From NCBI GenBank assembly GCA_965267185.1, contig OZ253937.1, forward strand, positions 720,909-784,908: a DNA stretch of 64,000 nt, in the 5' to 3' direction. A model generated the notes under the pieces. It searched no databases and was not told the origin of the DNA. It saw only the letters and a program-made list of their open reading frames with translations. Both the position numbers and the translations under genes were made by a program. Shown here piece by piece: positions 20,314-28,845 of the stretch. The stretch is from Alphaproteobacteria bacterium. Lineage in GTDB: Bacteria; Pseudomonadota; Alphaproteobacteria; UBA6615. Position 1 is the stretch's first letter; each line of letters begins with the position of its first letter.

Positions 20314-21040
20314 CACGTGGATCATCTGCCGGCGCGAACTGTCGGCTTATTTCACCTCTCCCGTGGCCTATGTATTCATCGTTATCTTTCTGGCCTTGGC
20401 GGGCGGGCTGACGTTCTTTTTCGGGCAATGGCTCGAACGCGGTCAGGCCGATTTGCAGGTCTTTTTCATCTATCACCCCTACCTCTACCTGTTCCTGATT
20501 CCCGCCGTCGGCATGCGGTTGTGGGCGGAAGAGCGTAAGTCCGGCACCATGGAATTTCTGATGACCCTGCCGGTCTCGACCGGTCAGGCGGTCATCGGCA
20601 AGTTCGTCGCGGCGTGGATTTTCGCCGGTATCGCGCTGCTATTGACGTTCCCGATCTGGGTCACCGTGAACTTCCTCGGAAATCCCGATAATGGCGTTAT
20701 TCTAACCGCCTACGTGGGTAGCTGGTTGATGGCCGGTGGTTTCCTGGCGTTGAGCGCCAGCGTGTCGGCACTCACCAAGAACCAGGTGGTCGCCTTCGTG
20801 TTGTCGGCGGTCATCGGCTTTATCTTCCTGATGAGCGGAGTGGAGATCGTTCAAGCGTTCTTCCGCGCCTGGGCGCCGCAGAACTTTGTCGATGCGGTCG
20901 CCGAACTGAGCTTCCTCACCAACTTCAACGACCTGTCGCAGGGTGTGATCGATGTGCGCGATATCCTTTTCTTCGCCTCCGTTATCGGGGTGGCGTTGTT
21001 TATCAACACCGCAATCGTAGAGATTAAGAAGAGTGCGTAA
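20306..21040 (+). CDS. ABC-2 type transporter permease (GldF-like)
   Basis: Six TM segments. The ATG overlaps the ATPase stop (ATGCGTAG). Confidence 0.85.
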   Translation: MRSTWIICRRELSAYFTSPVAYVFIVIFLALAGGLTFFFGQWLERGQADLQVFFIYHPYLYLFLIPAVGMRLWAEERKSGTMEFLMTLPVSTGQAVIGKFVAAWIFAGIALLLTFPIWVTVNFLGNPDNGVILTAYVGSWLMAGGFLALSASVSALTKNQVVAFVLSAVIGFIFLMSGVEIVQAFFRAWAPQNFVDAVAELSFLTNFNDLSQGVIDVRDILFFASVIGVALFINTAIVEIKKSA

Positions 21041-21043
21041 GTC

Positions 21044-22969
21044 ATGATGGATAAAATAAAAAATGCCGACCGTAGTGTGCTGGCAACACTGAGCGTCGGA
21101 CTGGCGATTATCTTCTTCCTGGCGTTCAATGCGCTGATCAACACCGCCTTTACGTCAACCCGTCTCGACTTGACGGAGGACGAACTCTTCACCCTGTCCG
21201 ACGGCACCAAGGATTTGCTGGCGGCCATCGACGAGCCGATCGATGTGCGGCTGTACTATTCCAACCGGTTCAACGAGATCGGCCCGGATATCGCCCGTCA
21301 TTCGACCCGCGTGTCCGAGCTGTTGGGCGAGTATGAGCGCCTGTCGGGCGGCAAAGTACGCATCCAAATATTCGACCCCGAGCCGTTCTCGCCGGAAGAA
21401 GACCTCGCGGTCAGCGATGGTCTGCAGGGCTTGCCGTTCGATCAATCGGGCGAGCTGGTCTATTTCGGCGTGGCCGGCACGAACAGCACCGACGATAGCG
21501 ACGCCATCGCGTATCTGGCGCCGGAGCGCAGCCCCTTTCTGGAGTACGATCTCACCCGGCTGATCCACAACCTGGCGAACCCCGACAAGGCGCGGGTCGG
21601 CATTTTGTCCGACCTGCCGCTGCAAGGCACGCAGTTCGATAACTTCCAGCCCTGGCTGGTCGTCGAAGGGATGCAGCAGTTCTTCGACGTTCGCTTCATC
21701 GACCACGACGACACCGCGTTGCCGGAAGATATGGAAGTTTTGGTGATCGCGGCGGTCCACTCGATCAATCCCTCGCTGAATTATGCGATCGACCAGTTCG
21801 TCATGAAGGGCGGGCGCGTGCTCGCCTTCGTCGATCCGTTCGCCGAGTCAATGGCGCTGGCGGGCCCCGCGAGGGGCCAGTTGCCGCCGCCGGGCGTGGG
21901 AATTTCCGCGCTGCAGCCGCTGATGGCGTCGTGGGGTGTGGAAATGCCGGCGGGCCAGTTCGTCGCCAATAGCGACGATGCGGTGCGGGTCGGTTTCCCC
22001 GATCCCGAGTCCGGGCAGCAGGTCGCCGTCGACTATGTCGCTTGGCTGACCCTCCAGGGCGACCGGTTCAAGACCGACGATACGGTGAGCAGCCAGTTGC
22101 AGCGCATCGTGGTGACCTCGGCCGGTGCGTTCGAGCAAACCGAAGGGGCAACCACGACGTTGGAGCCGCTCATCTTCACGTCGCCGAATTCGACGCTGAT
22201 GAGCGCCTTCGAAATCGCTCAGCAGCCCAACCCGATTGCGCTTATCGAGAAGTTCGAGCCGGAGGACAAATCGTTCTCCCTGGCGGCACGCGTCTCCGGC
22301 GATATCAAGTCGGCATTTCCCGATGGACCGCCGGAAGCCGTTCTCGAAGCGGCGGAAGATGCCGAAGCGGTCAAGAGCGCGCATCTGGCGGAAAGTGAAG
22401 TGCCGCTCAATGCCATCCTGGTCGGTGATGCCGATTTTCTCGCCGACCGGAACTGGGCGCAAGTTCAGGAAATCGCCGGTCAGCGGCTGACCATTCCAAC
22501 GGCCAACAATGCCGACTTCGCGATCAACGCGCTCGACAATCTGCGCGGCAGCCAGGCCTTGGTGGGCTTGCGCGGCCGCGGGCTGTCGGTACGGCCGTTC
22601 GAGGTGATCGCCGAGATGCGCCAAGAGGCCGACGATAAGTTTCGCGCCCAAGAGCAAGAGCTTCTCGCTAGTATCGAGGAGATCGAGCGGAACATCGAAC
22701 GCTTGCAGCAGGAAGAGCAGGCGACGGGCGTGTTATTGACGGCGGCGCAGCAGCAGCAGATCGACAACTTCCGGGTTCGCATGTTGGAGAGCCGCCGCGA
22801 CCTGCGCGAAGTTCAGCGTTCGTTACGCAACGACGTCGAAGCGCTGGAAAGCCGGGTGCGCATCATAAACATCTGGGCGGTGCCGGTTATTATCGCCATC
22901 GTGGCGGTGCTGCTGGCATTGGTGCGCCGCATGCGGCGGGCGCGGTTCTACCGCGCGGCGCTGCACTAG
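21044..22969 (+). CDS. GldG-like ABC-2 accessory protein (Gldg family)
   Basis: 641 aa; N- and C-terminal TM anchors, a large periplasmic domain and a C-terminal coiled coil. Confidence 0.75.
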   Translation: MMDKIKNADRSVLATLSVGLAIIFFLAFNALINTAFTSTRLDLTEDELFTLSDGTKDLLAAIDEPIDVRLYYSNRFNEIGPDIARHSTRVSELLGEYERLSGGKVRIQIFDPEPFSPEEDLAVSDGLQGLPFDQSGELVYFGVAGTNSTDDSDAIAYLAPERSPFLEYDLTRLIHNLANPDKARVGILSDLPLQGTQFDNFQPWLVVEGMQQFFDVRFIDHDDTALPEDMEVLVIAAVHSINPSLNYAIDQFVMKGGRVLAFVDPFAESMALAGPARGQLPPPGVGISALQPLMASWGVEMPAGQFVANSDDAVRVGFPDPESGQQVAVDYVAWLTLQGDRFKTDDTVSSQLQRIVVTSAGAFEQTEGATTTLEPLIFTSPNSTLMSAFEIAQQPNPIALIEKFEPEDKSFSLAARVSGDIKSAFPDGPPEAVLEAAEDAEAVKSAHLAESEVPLNAILVGDADFLADRNWAQVQEIAGQRLTIPTANNADFAINALDNLRGSQALVGLRGRGLSVRPFEVIAEMRQEADDKFRAQEQELLASIEEIERNIERLQQEEQATGVLLTAAQQQQIDNFRVRMLESRRDLREVQRSLRNDVEALESRVRIINIWAVPVIIAIVAVLLALVRRMRRARFYRAALH

Positions 22970-22989
22970 AGCGATAGGGGGGACTGAGC

Positions 22990-24048
22990 ATGAGCCCGCG
23001 AATTTTTCTCGGCTGGCTGGTCGTCACCGTCGTTACGGTGGTACTGGCCGTATTTGTCGTATTGGACCGGCCGACGGCGAAGTTCGATCCGGTGTCGCGC
23101 GAGCCGGTTTTCGAGACCTTGCGCGCCAATCCGGATGCCGCCGCCAAGGTGGAAGTGAAAAGCCGCTTCGGTTCGTTTTCGATGGTGCGCAAAGACGGCG
23201 TTTGGTCGACACCCGACCGGTTCGATTATCCGATCGACCAAAACGACGTGCGGCGTTTGATCGTCGGCATTTCCGACATGCGCTACATCGAGCGCAAGAC
23301 ATCGCGGCCGGAGCGCTTCGAACGCCTCGAGGTCGACGATGTGGACGGCATCAACGCGGAATCGGCCTATGTGCGGATTGCCGATGCCGACGACAAGGTG
23401 CTGGCCGAAGCGATTATCGGCCGGCCCAGCGCGCGCTTTATCGACGGCTCGTCGAGCGGTACCTACATTCGCGAACCCGATACCAACAATGTGTGGCTGG
23501 TCAGCGGGGTCGCGAGCGTACAAACCCGCCTGATCCCCTGGCTGGAGCGCACGATCGTGTCGGTGCCCGCCAACACGGTGGCGGGTATCGAGCTCGGCAG
23601 CGGGGATGAGGCCGTCATGCTCTCGCGCGAGACGCCTGACACCGACGATTTCGTGCTCGCCGATGCGCCGGACGACCGCGCCTTGAATGGGCGCAAAGTG
23701 ACGACTATCAGCCGGGCTCTGGCGAATGTCGATCTGGAGGATGTCAAACCGCGCGCCGACTTGGCGCTGCCCGACGATGCGCAAACCGCCAAAGTCACGA
23801 CGTTCGATGGCGTTACGGTGACCGCGCGGCTGGCGCAAATCGACAACAAAGCGTGGGGCACGTTCGAAGCTGCTTACACCGGCGATCCGGCCGATCAGTC
23901 GGAGGAGGCGAAAGCGGCGCGGGCCAGCGTCGAGGAGATCAACCGGCGCGTCGGCAACTGGGTGTACTGGGTGCCGAGCGCGACCTACGAAAACCTCACG
24001 ACTACGCTCGACGGCGTTCTCGAGGCCAAGACCGACGAAGCTTCCTAG
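22990..24048 (+). CDS. DUF4340 domain protein
   Basis: N-terminal TM plus a periplasmic domain, in the usual position after a GldG-like gene. Its stop codon TAG is contributed by the downstream inverted-repeat element. Confidence 0.65.
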   Translation: MSPRIFLGWLVVTVVTVVLAVFVVLDRPTAKFDPVSREPVFETLRANPDAAAKVEVKSRFGSFSMVRKDGVWSTPDRFDYPIDQNDVRRLIVGISDMRYIERKTSRPERFERLEVDDVDGINAESAYVRIADADDKVLAEAIIGRPSARFIDGSSSGTYIREPDTNNVWLVSGVASVQTRLIPWLERTIVSVPANTVAGIELGSGDEAVMLSRETPDTDDFVLADAPDDRALNGRKVTTISRALANVDLEDVKPRADLALPDDAQTAKVTTFDGVTVTARLAQIDNKAWGTFEAAYTGDPADQSEEAKAARASVEEINRRVGNWVYWVPSATYENLTTTLDGVLEAKTDEAS

Positions 24049-24318
24049 AGCGGTTCCTGGTCAGATTGAACCATTCTGGCGGTGCGGATTTGTGTCAAGA
24101 CCAAGGGTTTCGGCGAAGAGCATAGCCAAAGCTACGGTCGAGCCGAAACCCGCCGGAATTGGCGCAAAGCCGCCCGCCCCTTCGGGTTGGCGATAGGCGG
24201 GCAGCCACTTTGTCAGACGGCTTGCCCGATGACACCGCATCGCGCTGCGCCGTCTTCCGCGTGGACTGCCGCCCCGATCGCCAACAGAATTGATTCTATC
24301 TGACCAGGAACCGCTCTA
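24046..24318. mobile_element. MITE-like element with 19-bp perfect terminal inverted repeats, each flanked by TA
   Basis: TA-GAGCGGTTCCTGGTCAGAT ... ATCTGACCAGGAACCGCTC-TA. The interior has a 10-bp stem GGGTTTCGGC/GCCGAAACCC and a CCCC-TTCG-GGGT tetraloop hairpin. No transposase gene. Confidence 0.55.
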
Positions 24319-24413
24319 GCAGCCGCTCCATCGCTCCGCTAATTTACCGCCGGTCTGATCTCTCAGGGTCAGGCCGGCGGTTTCGTTTGTGTGGCGGTTT
24401 TCGGAGAGAAGCG

Positions 24414-25205
24414 ATGGATTTGGGAATAGCGGAGAAGCGGGCCCTCGTTATGGGCGCCAGCCGGGGTATCGGGCGCGGTATTGCCGAAGCTCTTGCGGCG
24501 GAGGGCGTGCGTGTCATTCTCGGCAGCCGCGACGGCGATAAATGTGCCGCCATCGCTCAGGAAATCGCCCAACGTACCGGCGTGGAAACCCATGGGATCG
24601 CCTGCGATCTCTCCGATCCGGCGGCGATCGACGGGGTGGCGGCGTTTGCGCAAGATACGTTGGGCGGCGTCGACATCTTGGTGAACAACACCGGTGGCCC
24701 GCCATTCGGGGCGATCAGCCAGGTCGATATCGATACCTGGCGTGCGCAGTTCGAGACCATGGTGCTGAGCGTATTGCGGCTAACCGGCCACGTTTTGCCG
24801 GGCATGCGCGAGCGTCAATGGGGCCGCATCCTCATCGTGACCTCGACCGGGGTGGTCGAACCGATCCCCGAGTTGGGTATTTCCAACACGCTCCGCGTGT
24901 CGCTCGCCAACTGGGCCAAAACCTTGAGCTTCGAAGTGGCGCGCGACAACGTCACGGTGAACCTGTTGATGCCCGGACGCATCGGCACCGAGCGCTTGGA
25001 GCAGTTCTACACGGTCAACTCCGAGCAAACCGGCCGACCGATTGAGGACGTCAGAGCCGACGTCGCCGCGGCGATCCCCATGGGCCGGGTTGGCCGGGTC
25101 GAGGAGTTTGCTGCGTTAGCGGCTTTCCTGGCGGGGCAGAACGCTGGCTACATTACCGGCACGGCGACGGCGATCGACGGTGGCCTGACCCGCCGCAGCC
25201 TCTAA
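24414..25205 (+). CDS. SDR family oxidoreductase
   Basis: VMGASRGIGRGIAEAL, NNTG; GGAGAGAAG RBS. Start at ATG 24414, not the TTG 24387 extension. Confidence 0.88.
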   Translation: MDLGIAEKRALVMGASRGIGRGIAEALAAEGVRVILGSRDGDKCAAIAQEIAQRTGVETHGIACDLSDPAAIDGVAAFAQDTLGGVDILVNNTGGPPFGAISQVDIDTWRAQFETMVLSVLRLTGHVLPGMRERQWGRILIVTSTGVVEPIPELGISNTLRVSLANWAKTLSFEVARDNVTVNLLMPGRIGTERLEQFYTVNSEQTGRPIEDVRADVAAAIPMGRVGRVEEFAALAAFLAGQNAGYITGTATAIDGGLTRRSL

Positions 25206-25215
25206 AGCGAAGGCC

Positions 25216-27048
25216 TCAAGACGCCGCGGCGGCGGCGGGCTGGCGTGGAGAATTGCCAGCGTTATCAGGAAGTTCGCGGGCGTCGTCGAGAATATAGATC
25301 CGCATCGGCTCCTGGCGGCCCCGCACCTCGGTATCTTCGCTTCGCCAGGCGGCGTTTTCGAGCGCGCAGAGTTCAACGACGCGCTGCGAGATAATCAACT
25401 GAGCGCCGTACTCCTTGGTCTTCGATTCCAGCCGGCTGGCCGTGTTCACGGTGTCGCCGATGGCGGTAATCGAGGTGGCCCGGGCATAGCCCATCTCGCC
25501 GACAATCGCCGGGCCCACATGGATGCCGATACCGATCCTGAGCGGCGCCGGCAGATCGGCCCTTAGCAGATCGTTCAACTCATCGAGCCGCTCTGCCATG
25601 GTGCGGGCCGCCTGGAGCGCCGTTTCGCAGCCGCGCTCGGCGCTCTGATCGACCCCGAACAGGGCCATGATGCCGTCGCCGATAAACTTGTCGACGCGCC
25701 CGCCCGCGCCCTCGATGGCTTCACCCATGGAGCGGAAATACCGGTTCAGGATGAACACTACATCGTAGGGCAGCTTTTGCTCCGACAACGTCGTGAAGCC
25801 GCGGATATCGGCGAACAGAATGGCGATTTCCTGCTCTTGGCCTTGCGTCGAGGCCGTTTTAGCGAAGCCGTCGCGCGGGTTGGCGTTGGGCGGCAGCAGC
25901 GGCGTTACCGAGATGTCTTCGGTGGGACGAAGCTGGCAGGCCAGGCGCACGTCCGGCGCGGCTTTCACCCGGCGCAGCACTTTGCGTTCGTCATCCGAGG
26001 CTTCCGGCAGGACCGCCAGATCGCTGTTGACGCGCACCCGGCACGTCGAGCACCGGCCCCGTCCGCCGCACACCGAGGCGTGGGGGATATCGTTCAACAT
26101 GCTCGCCTCCAGCACCGAACTGCCCGGGGCAGTCTCGACGACACGGCCGGCCGGGTAGGAAACGCGCACAAAGCCGCGGCGGCGCTCGGCATAGAGCCGG
26201 ATGCCGCGGGCGACCAGCGTGCCGACCAGCAGCGCGGCGAGCAGGATGAATATCTGGTTTTCCAATGCGCCGAGTTGGGCGGCCTGCTCGCGCGTCGGCG
26301 CGTTGACCTCGAACGCCAGATCGAGGCGAAAACCGGGATCGTCGGCAGCCAGGGCGCCGACGGCGCGCCCGCCATTGACGAAGCCGAGCAACCCGAGTAC
26401 CGGCACCAGCAGCGCCAGCCCGTAGAGCCACGCCATTGCTGCCGCAAACCACGGCCGCAGGCGCAGCCAGTAGTACAGGCCGATGCAGGCGTGGACCCAG
26501 ATGATGATGGTCGCTGCTGTCTGCTTCAAGCCATGGAAAGGGTCGTCGACCCACAACGCCATCAGCACATAGGCGTAGGTGTCGTTGGTGCCGTAGAGCT
26601 CGACGGCGGTGCGGGTGCCGAGGAGATGGCTGACCAGCAGAATCGGCGCCGCAAAGCCGAGAATCAGCTGCAAGGCCTCGCCGACCGGCATTTTGAGCTG
26701 GCGCCGCCGGTAAATCGCGTTCAGCGCCAGCATCATGTGGAGCAGCAGCGAGCCCAGCAGCAACACCGAGCCCACCGGGTTACGCCACGCCAAAAGGAAG
26801 TATTTCCGGCCTTCTTCCATCGCCTCCAGCGAGATCAGGCCGAGGGCGTGGTTACCCAAATGGGTGGTCACGTAGACGAACAGGATCACGCCGGTCCACA
26901 GGCGCAACCCGCGCAACGTGACGGGAAAGCGCCGTTTTCCGGTATTTAGAGCTTGCGGGGAGGTAATCTGCCCGGTGGTCGCTGACACGATCTTGAACTC
27001 AGCCCGATTGCCACTATATCGACGCCCAGAGTAGCATGCGGACCGCAC
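25216..27048 (-). CDS. class III adenylate/guanylate cyclase with an N-terminal polytopic membrane domain and an internal 2Fe-2S ferredoxin-like domain
   Basis: Ferredoxin motif CGGRGRCSTCRV...LACQ; cyclase motifs ILFADIRGFT and VDKFIGDGIMALFG. The start is uncertain (GTG at 27048). Confidence 0.85.
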   Translation of the reverse strand: MRSACYSGRRYSGNRAEFKIVSATTGQITSPQALNTGKRRFPVTLRGLRLWTGVILFVYVTTHLGNHALGLISLEAMEEGRKYFLLAWRNPVGSVLLLGSLLLHMMLALNAIYRRRQLKMPVGEALQLILGFAAPILLVSHLLGTRTAVELYGTNDTYAYVLMALWVDDPFHGLKQTAATIIIWVHACIGLYYWLRLRPWFAAAMAWLYGLALLVPVLGLLGFVNGGRAVGALAADDPGFRLDLAFEVNAPTREQAAQLGALENQIFILLAALLVGTLVARGIRLYAERRRGFVRVSYPAGRVVETAPGSSVLEASMLNDIPHASVCGGRGRCSTCRVRVNSDLAVLPEASDDERKVLRRVKAAPDVRLACQLRPTEDISVTPLLPPNANPRDGFAKTASTQGQEQEIAILFADIRGFTTLSEQKLPYDVVFILNRYFRSMGEAIEGAGGRVDKFIGDGIMALFGVDQSAERGCETALQAARTMAERLDELNDLLRADLPAPLRIGIGIHVGPAIVGEMGYARATSITAIGDTVNTASRLESKTKEYGAQLIISQRVVELCALENAAWRSEDTEVRGRQEPMRIYILDDARELPDNAGNSPRQPAAAAAS

Positions 27049-27127
27049 GCTAGATACTTAGGGTAACACACTGTTCAACCAATCCCGGAGCGTGGGGGCT
27101 CCGGCCAAGCCACCGGGAGATGAATTG

Positions 27128-27610
27128 ATGCGTAAATACCTCTACGTAGCCGCGGCGGGTCTCATGGCGATGGGCCTGTTGTCCGGCAACGCCTGGGCCG
27201 TCAGCAGCGATCCGGATCCGCTCACGCCGACCCAAGTCAAAGCGCAGCTGGCGAAGGCGGAAACCTCGATTACGAACGAGCAATACAAGGTGGCGATCCG
27301 CACCTTGAACGATATCGTTCGCACCAATCCGCGCAATGCCGACGCCTACAATTTGCTGGGTTTCAGCTACCGCAAAACCAAGGATTTCAAGCGGGCGGAG
27401 CGCAACTACAACCGCGCGCTGCGTCTCGATCCCGATCATAAAGGGGCGCTCGAATATATGGGCGAGCTATTCCTGGAGACCAACCGCCGCGAGAAGGCCC
27501 AAGAGCTGCTCGCGCGTTTGGAGAAGCTCTGCCCCAACGGGTGCGAAGAGCTCGATGTTCTCCGGGCCGCCTTCGACGGCAACCAGACCACCCAGCGCAG
27601 AGCCTGGTAG
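27128..27610 (+). CDS. TPR-repeat protein with a signal peptide
   Basis: MRKYLYVAAAGLMAMGLLSGNAWA signal; TPR repeats (ADAYNLLGFSYRKTKDFKRAERNYNRALRLDP). Confidence 0.75.
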   Translation: MRKYLYVAAAGLMAMGLLSGNAWAVSSDPDPLTPTQVKAQLAKAETSITNEQYKVAIRTLNDIVRTNPRNADAYNLLGFSYRKTKDFKRAERNYNRALRLDPDHKGALEYMGELFLETNRREKAQELLARLEKLCPNGCEELDVLRAAFDGNQTTQRRAW

Positions 27611-27651
27611 CGCCCTAAAATTCTAGAATTTTAGCCGGCCGGCCGCGCTAA

Positions 27652-27779
27652 GCCCCTCTCCCATGGGGAGAGGGGTTGGGGTGAGGGGGTAAGATATATC
27701 GAGGATATACTCTGACCGTCCCTAAACCCTCACCCGGCTCGCTAGCGCTCGCCACCCTCTCCCTCAGGGAGAGGGTTAA
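27652..27779 (+). repeat. REP/MITE-like nested palindromic element, copy 1
   Basis: CCCCTCTCCC-ATG-GGGAGAGGGG hairpin, GGTGAGGGG...CCCTCACCC internal pairing, ACCCTCTCCC-TCA-GGGAGAGGGT hairpin. Confidence 0.9.
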
Positions 27780-27927
27780 TAGCGACTAAATGGCGAGATT
27801 GCAGTTGTTTGGCCGGCCGTTTGATTCGGGCGGTTTTGTCTCAAATTCGGGATAAATGCGCCGCGATCTGCGTTGATTGATGCCTGTTTGGCACGCAAAC
27901 TGGGCCTCGGATGGAACCGAGAGGCCC

Positions 27928-28311
27928 ATGATTCAAGCTCTACAGAGCGCCATCGCCGGCCTGCGCGTGTCAGCAGAACGCCTCGGCGTGGCGGCCAATA
28001 ATATCGCGAACGTGCGGAGCAGCGGCGGTGTCGATCCGTATGATGGATACGTGCCGCAAACGCTGGAGCAGTCAACCAACGCTCAAGGCTTGCCGACCTC
28101 CTCGGTTGGCACGGTCTCGCCGGCGTTTTACCCGGTCTACGATCCCAACAATTCCCGCGCCAATGCCGACGGGCTGGTGGGCTATCCGAATGTGGATCTG
28201 GCCGCCAATATCGTCGATATGAAAATCGCTGAGCAGAGCTATAAGGCAAATATGGTGACCATCCGCGCCGCCAGCGACATGATGAAAGTACTGCTCGACG
28301 AAACTGCCTAG
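27928..28311 (+). CDS. flgC: flagellar basal-body rod protein FlgC-like (orphan)
   Basis: N-terminal LGVAANNIANVRSSG and C-terminal GYPNVDLAANIVDMKIAEQSYKANMVTIRAASDMMKVLLDE align closely with E. coli FlgC (...NLANADSV... / ...[40 protein letters not shown]). Confidence 0.75.
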   Translation: MIQALQSAIAGLRVSAERLGVAANNIANVRSSGGVDPYDGYVPQTLEQSTNAQGLPTSSVGTVSPAFYPVYDPNNSRANADGLVGYPNVDLAANIVDMKIAEQSYKANMVTIRAASDMMKVLLDETA

Positions 28312-28458
28312 CGCGGTATTCTCATTATCTCAGACTACCGACGTTCTTCATCCTGAGGAGGGTAAAGGGCCCGCTCGAAAGTCGGGATTTCTTGACTCGA
28401 TCCAAGTATTAGCTCGTTACCCTATGCCCCTTACTTTCCCGGCAACAATGAGCTGTCT

Positions 28459-28800
28459 TCACTTGTGGTATTCGGTCGCTGTTATTTTACCGGTAGCATC
28501 ATTGATCCAACAATCGTGACCGGACCAAGTGTAAGCAATCAAAGGCTCTCTCTGCACTACGGACATATATGCGTCCGTTGATTCCGATGTTGGCAATTTA
28601 GCCACCCATAGCTCTTTTCCCTGTCGGTCAAATCCAAGCAAATTTCTGAACTGACCTGTTTTCCCGAGATTCTCATTTGGGTCGAGCAACACCACAATTG
28701 CTTTTTTTGTCTCGAATGCTTCTCTGATTAGATGGGGCAGTTCGATAACGTGATTGGAATCAATCGTTAAACGCTTGCCTAAAACTTCAACTCTACTCAT
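28459..28800 (-). CDS. hypothetical protein in a low-GC islet
   Basis: 113-aa ORF at about 45% GC against about 63% background; no recognisable motif. Confidence 0.45.
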   Translation of the reverse strand: MSRVEVLGKRLTIDSNHVIELPHLIREAFETKKAIVVLLDPNENLGKTGQFRNLLGFDRQGKELWVAKLPTSESTDAYMSVVQREPLIAYTWSGHDCWINDATGKITATEYHK

Positions 28801-28845
28801 CGCAACAGCATCTCCGCTCTCAACTAGTCGCCGTCTGGCTCCAGC

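Noticed and set aside
24046-24318. The inverted-repeat-bounded structured segment as a known housekeeping RNA (6S, SRP, tmRNA or RNase P)
   Set aside because: None of the conserved signature sequences of those RNAs is present. A perfect 19-21-bp terminal inverted repeat with TA flanks fits a MITE better.
25777-26949. 390-aa plus-strand ORF antisense to the cyclase gene
   Set aside because: Antisense artefact within a clearly coding minus-strand gene.
27128-28311. A flagellar gene cluster around flgC
   Set aside because: Only flgC-like sequence is present. The neighbours are a TPR protein, a repeat element and an unrelated hypothetical gene, with no flgB, fliE or flgG.
28320-28460. tRNA gene at the edge of the low-GC islets (28.3 kb and 31.2/33.6 kb)
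   Set aside because: No GGTTCGAATCC-type T-loop or cloverleaf-compatible sequence was seen at either island border. The insertion site appears instead to be REP-associated.
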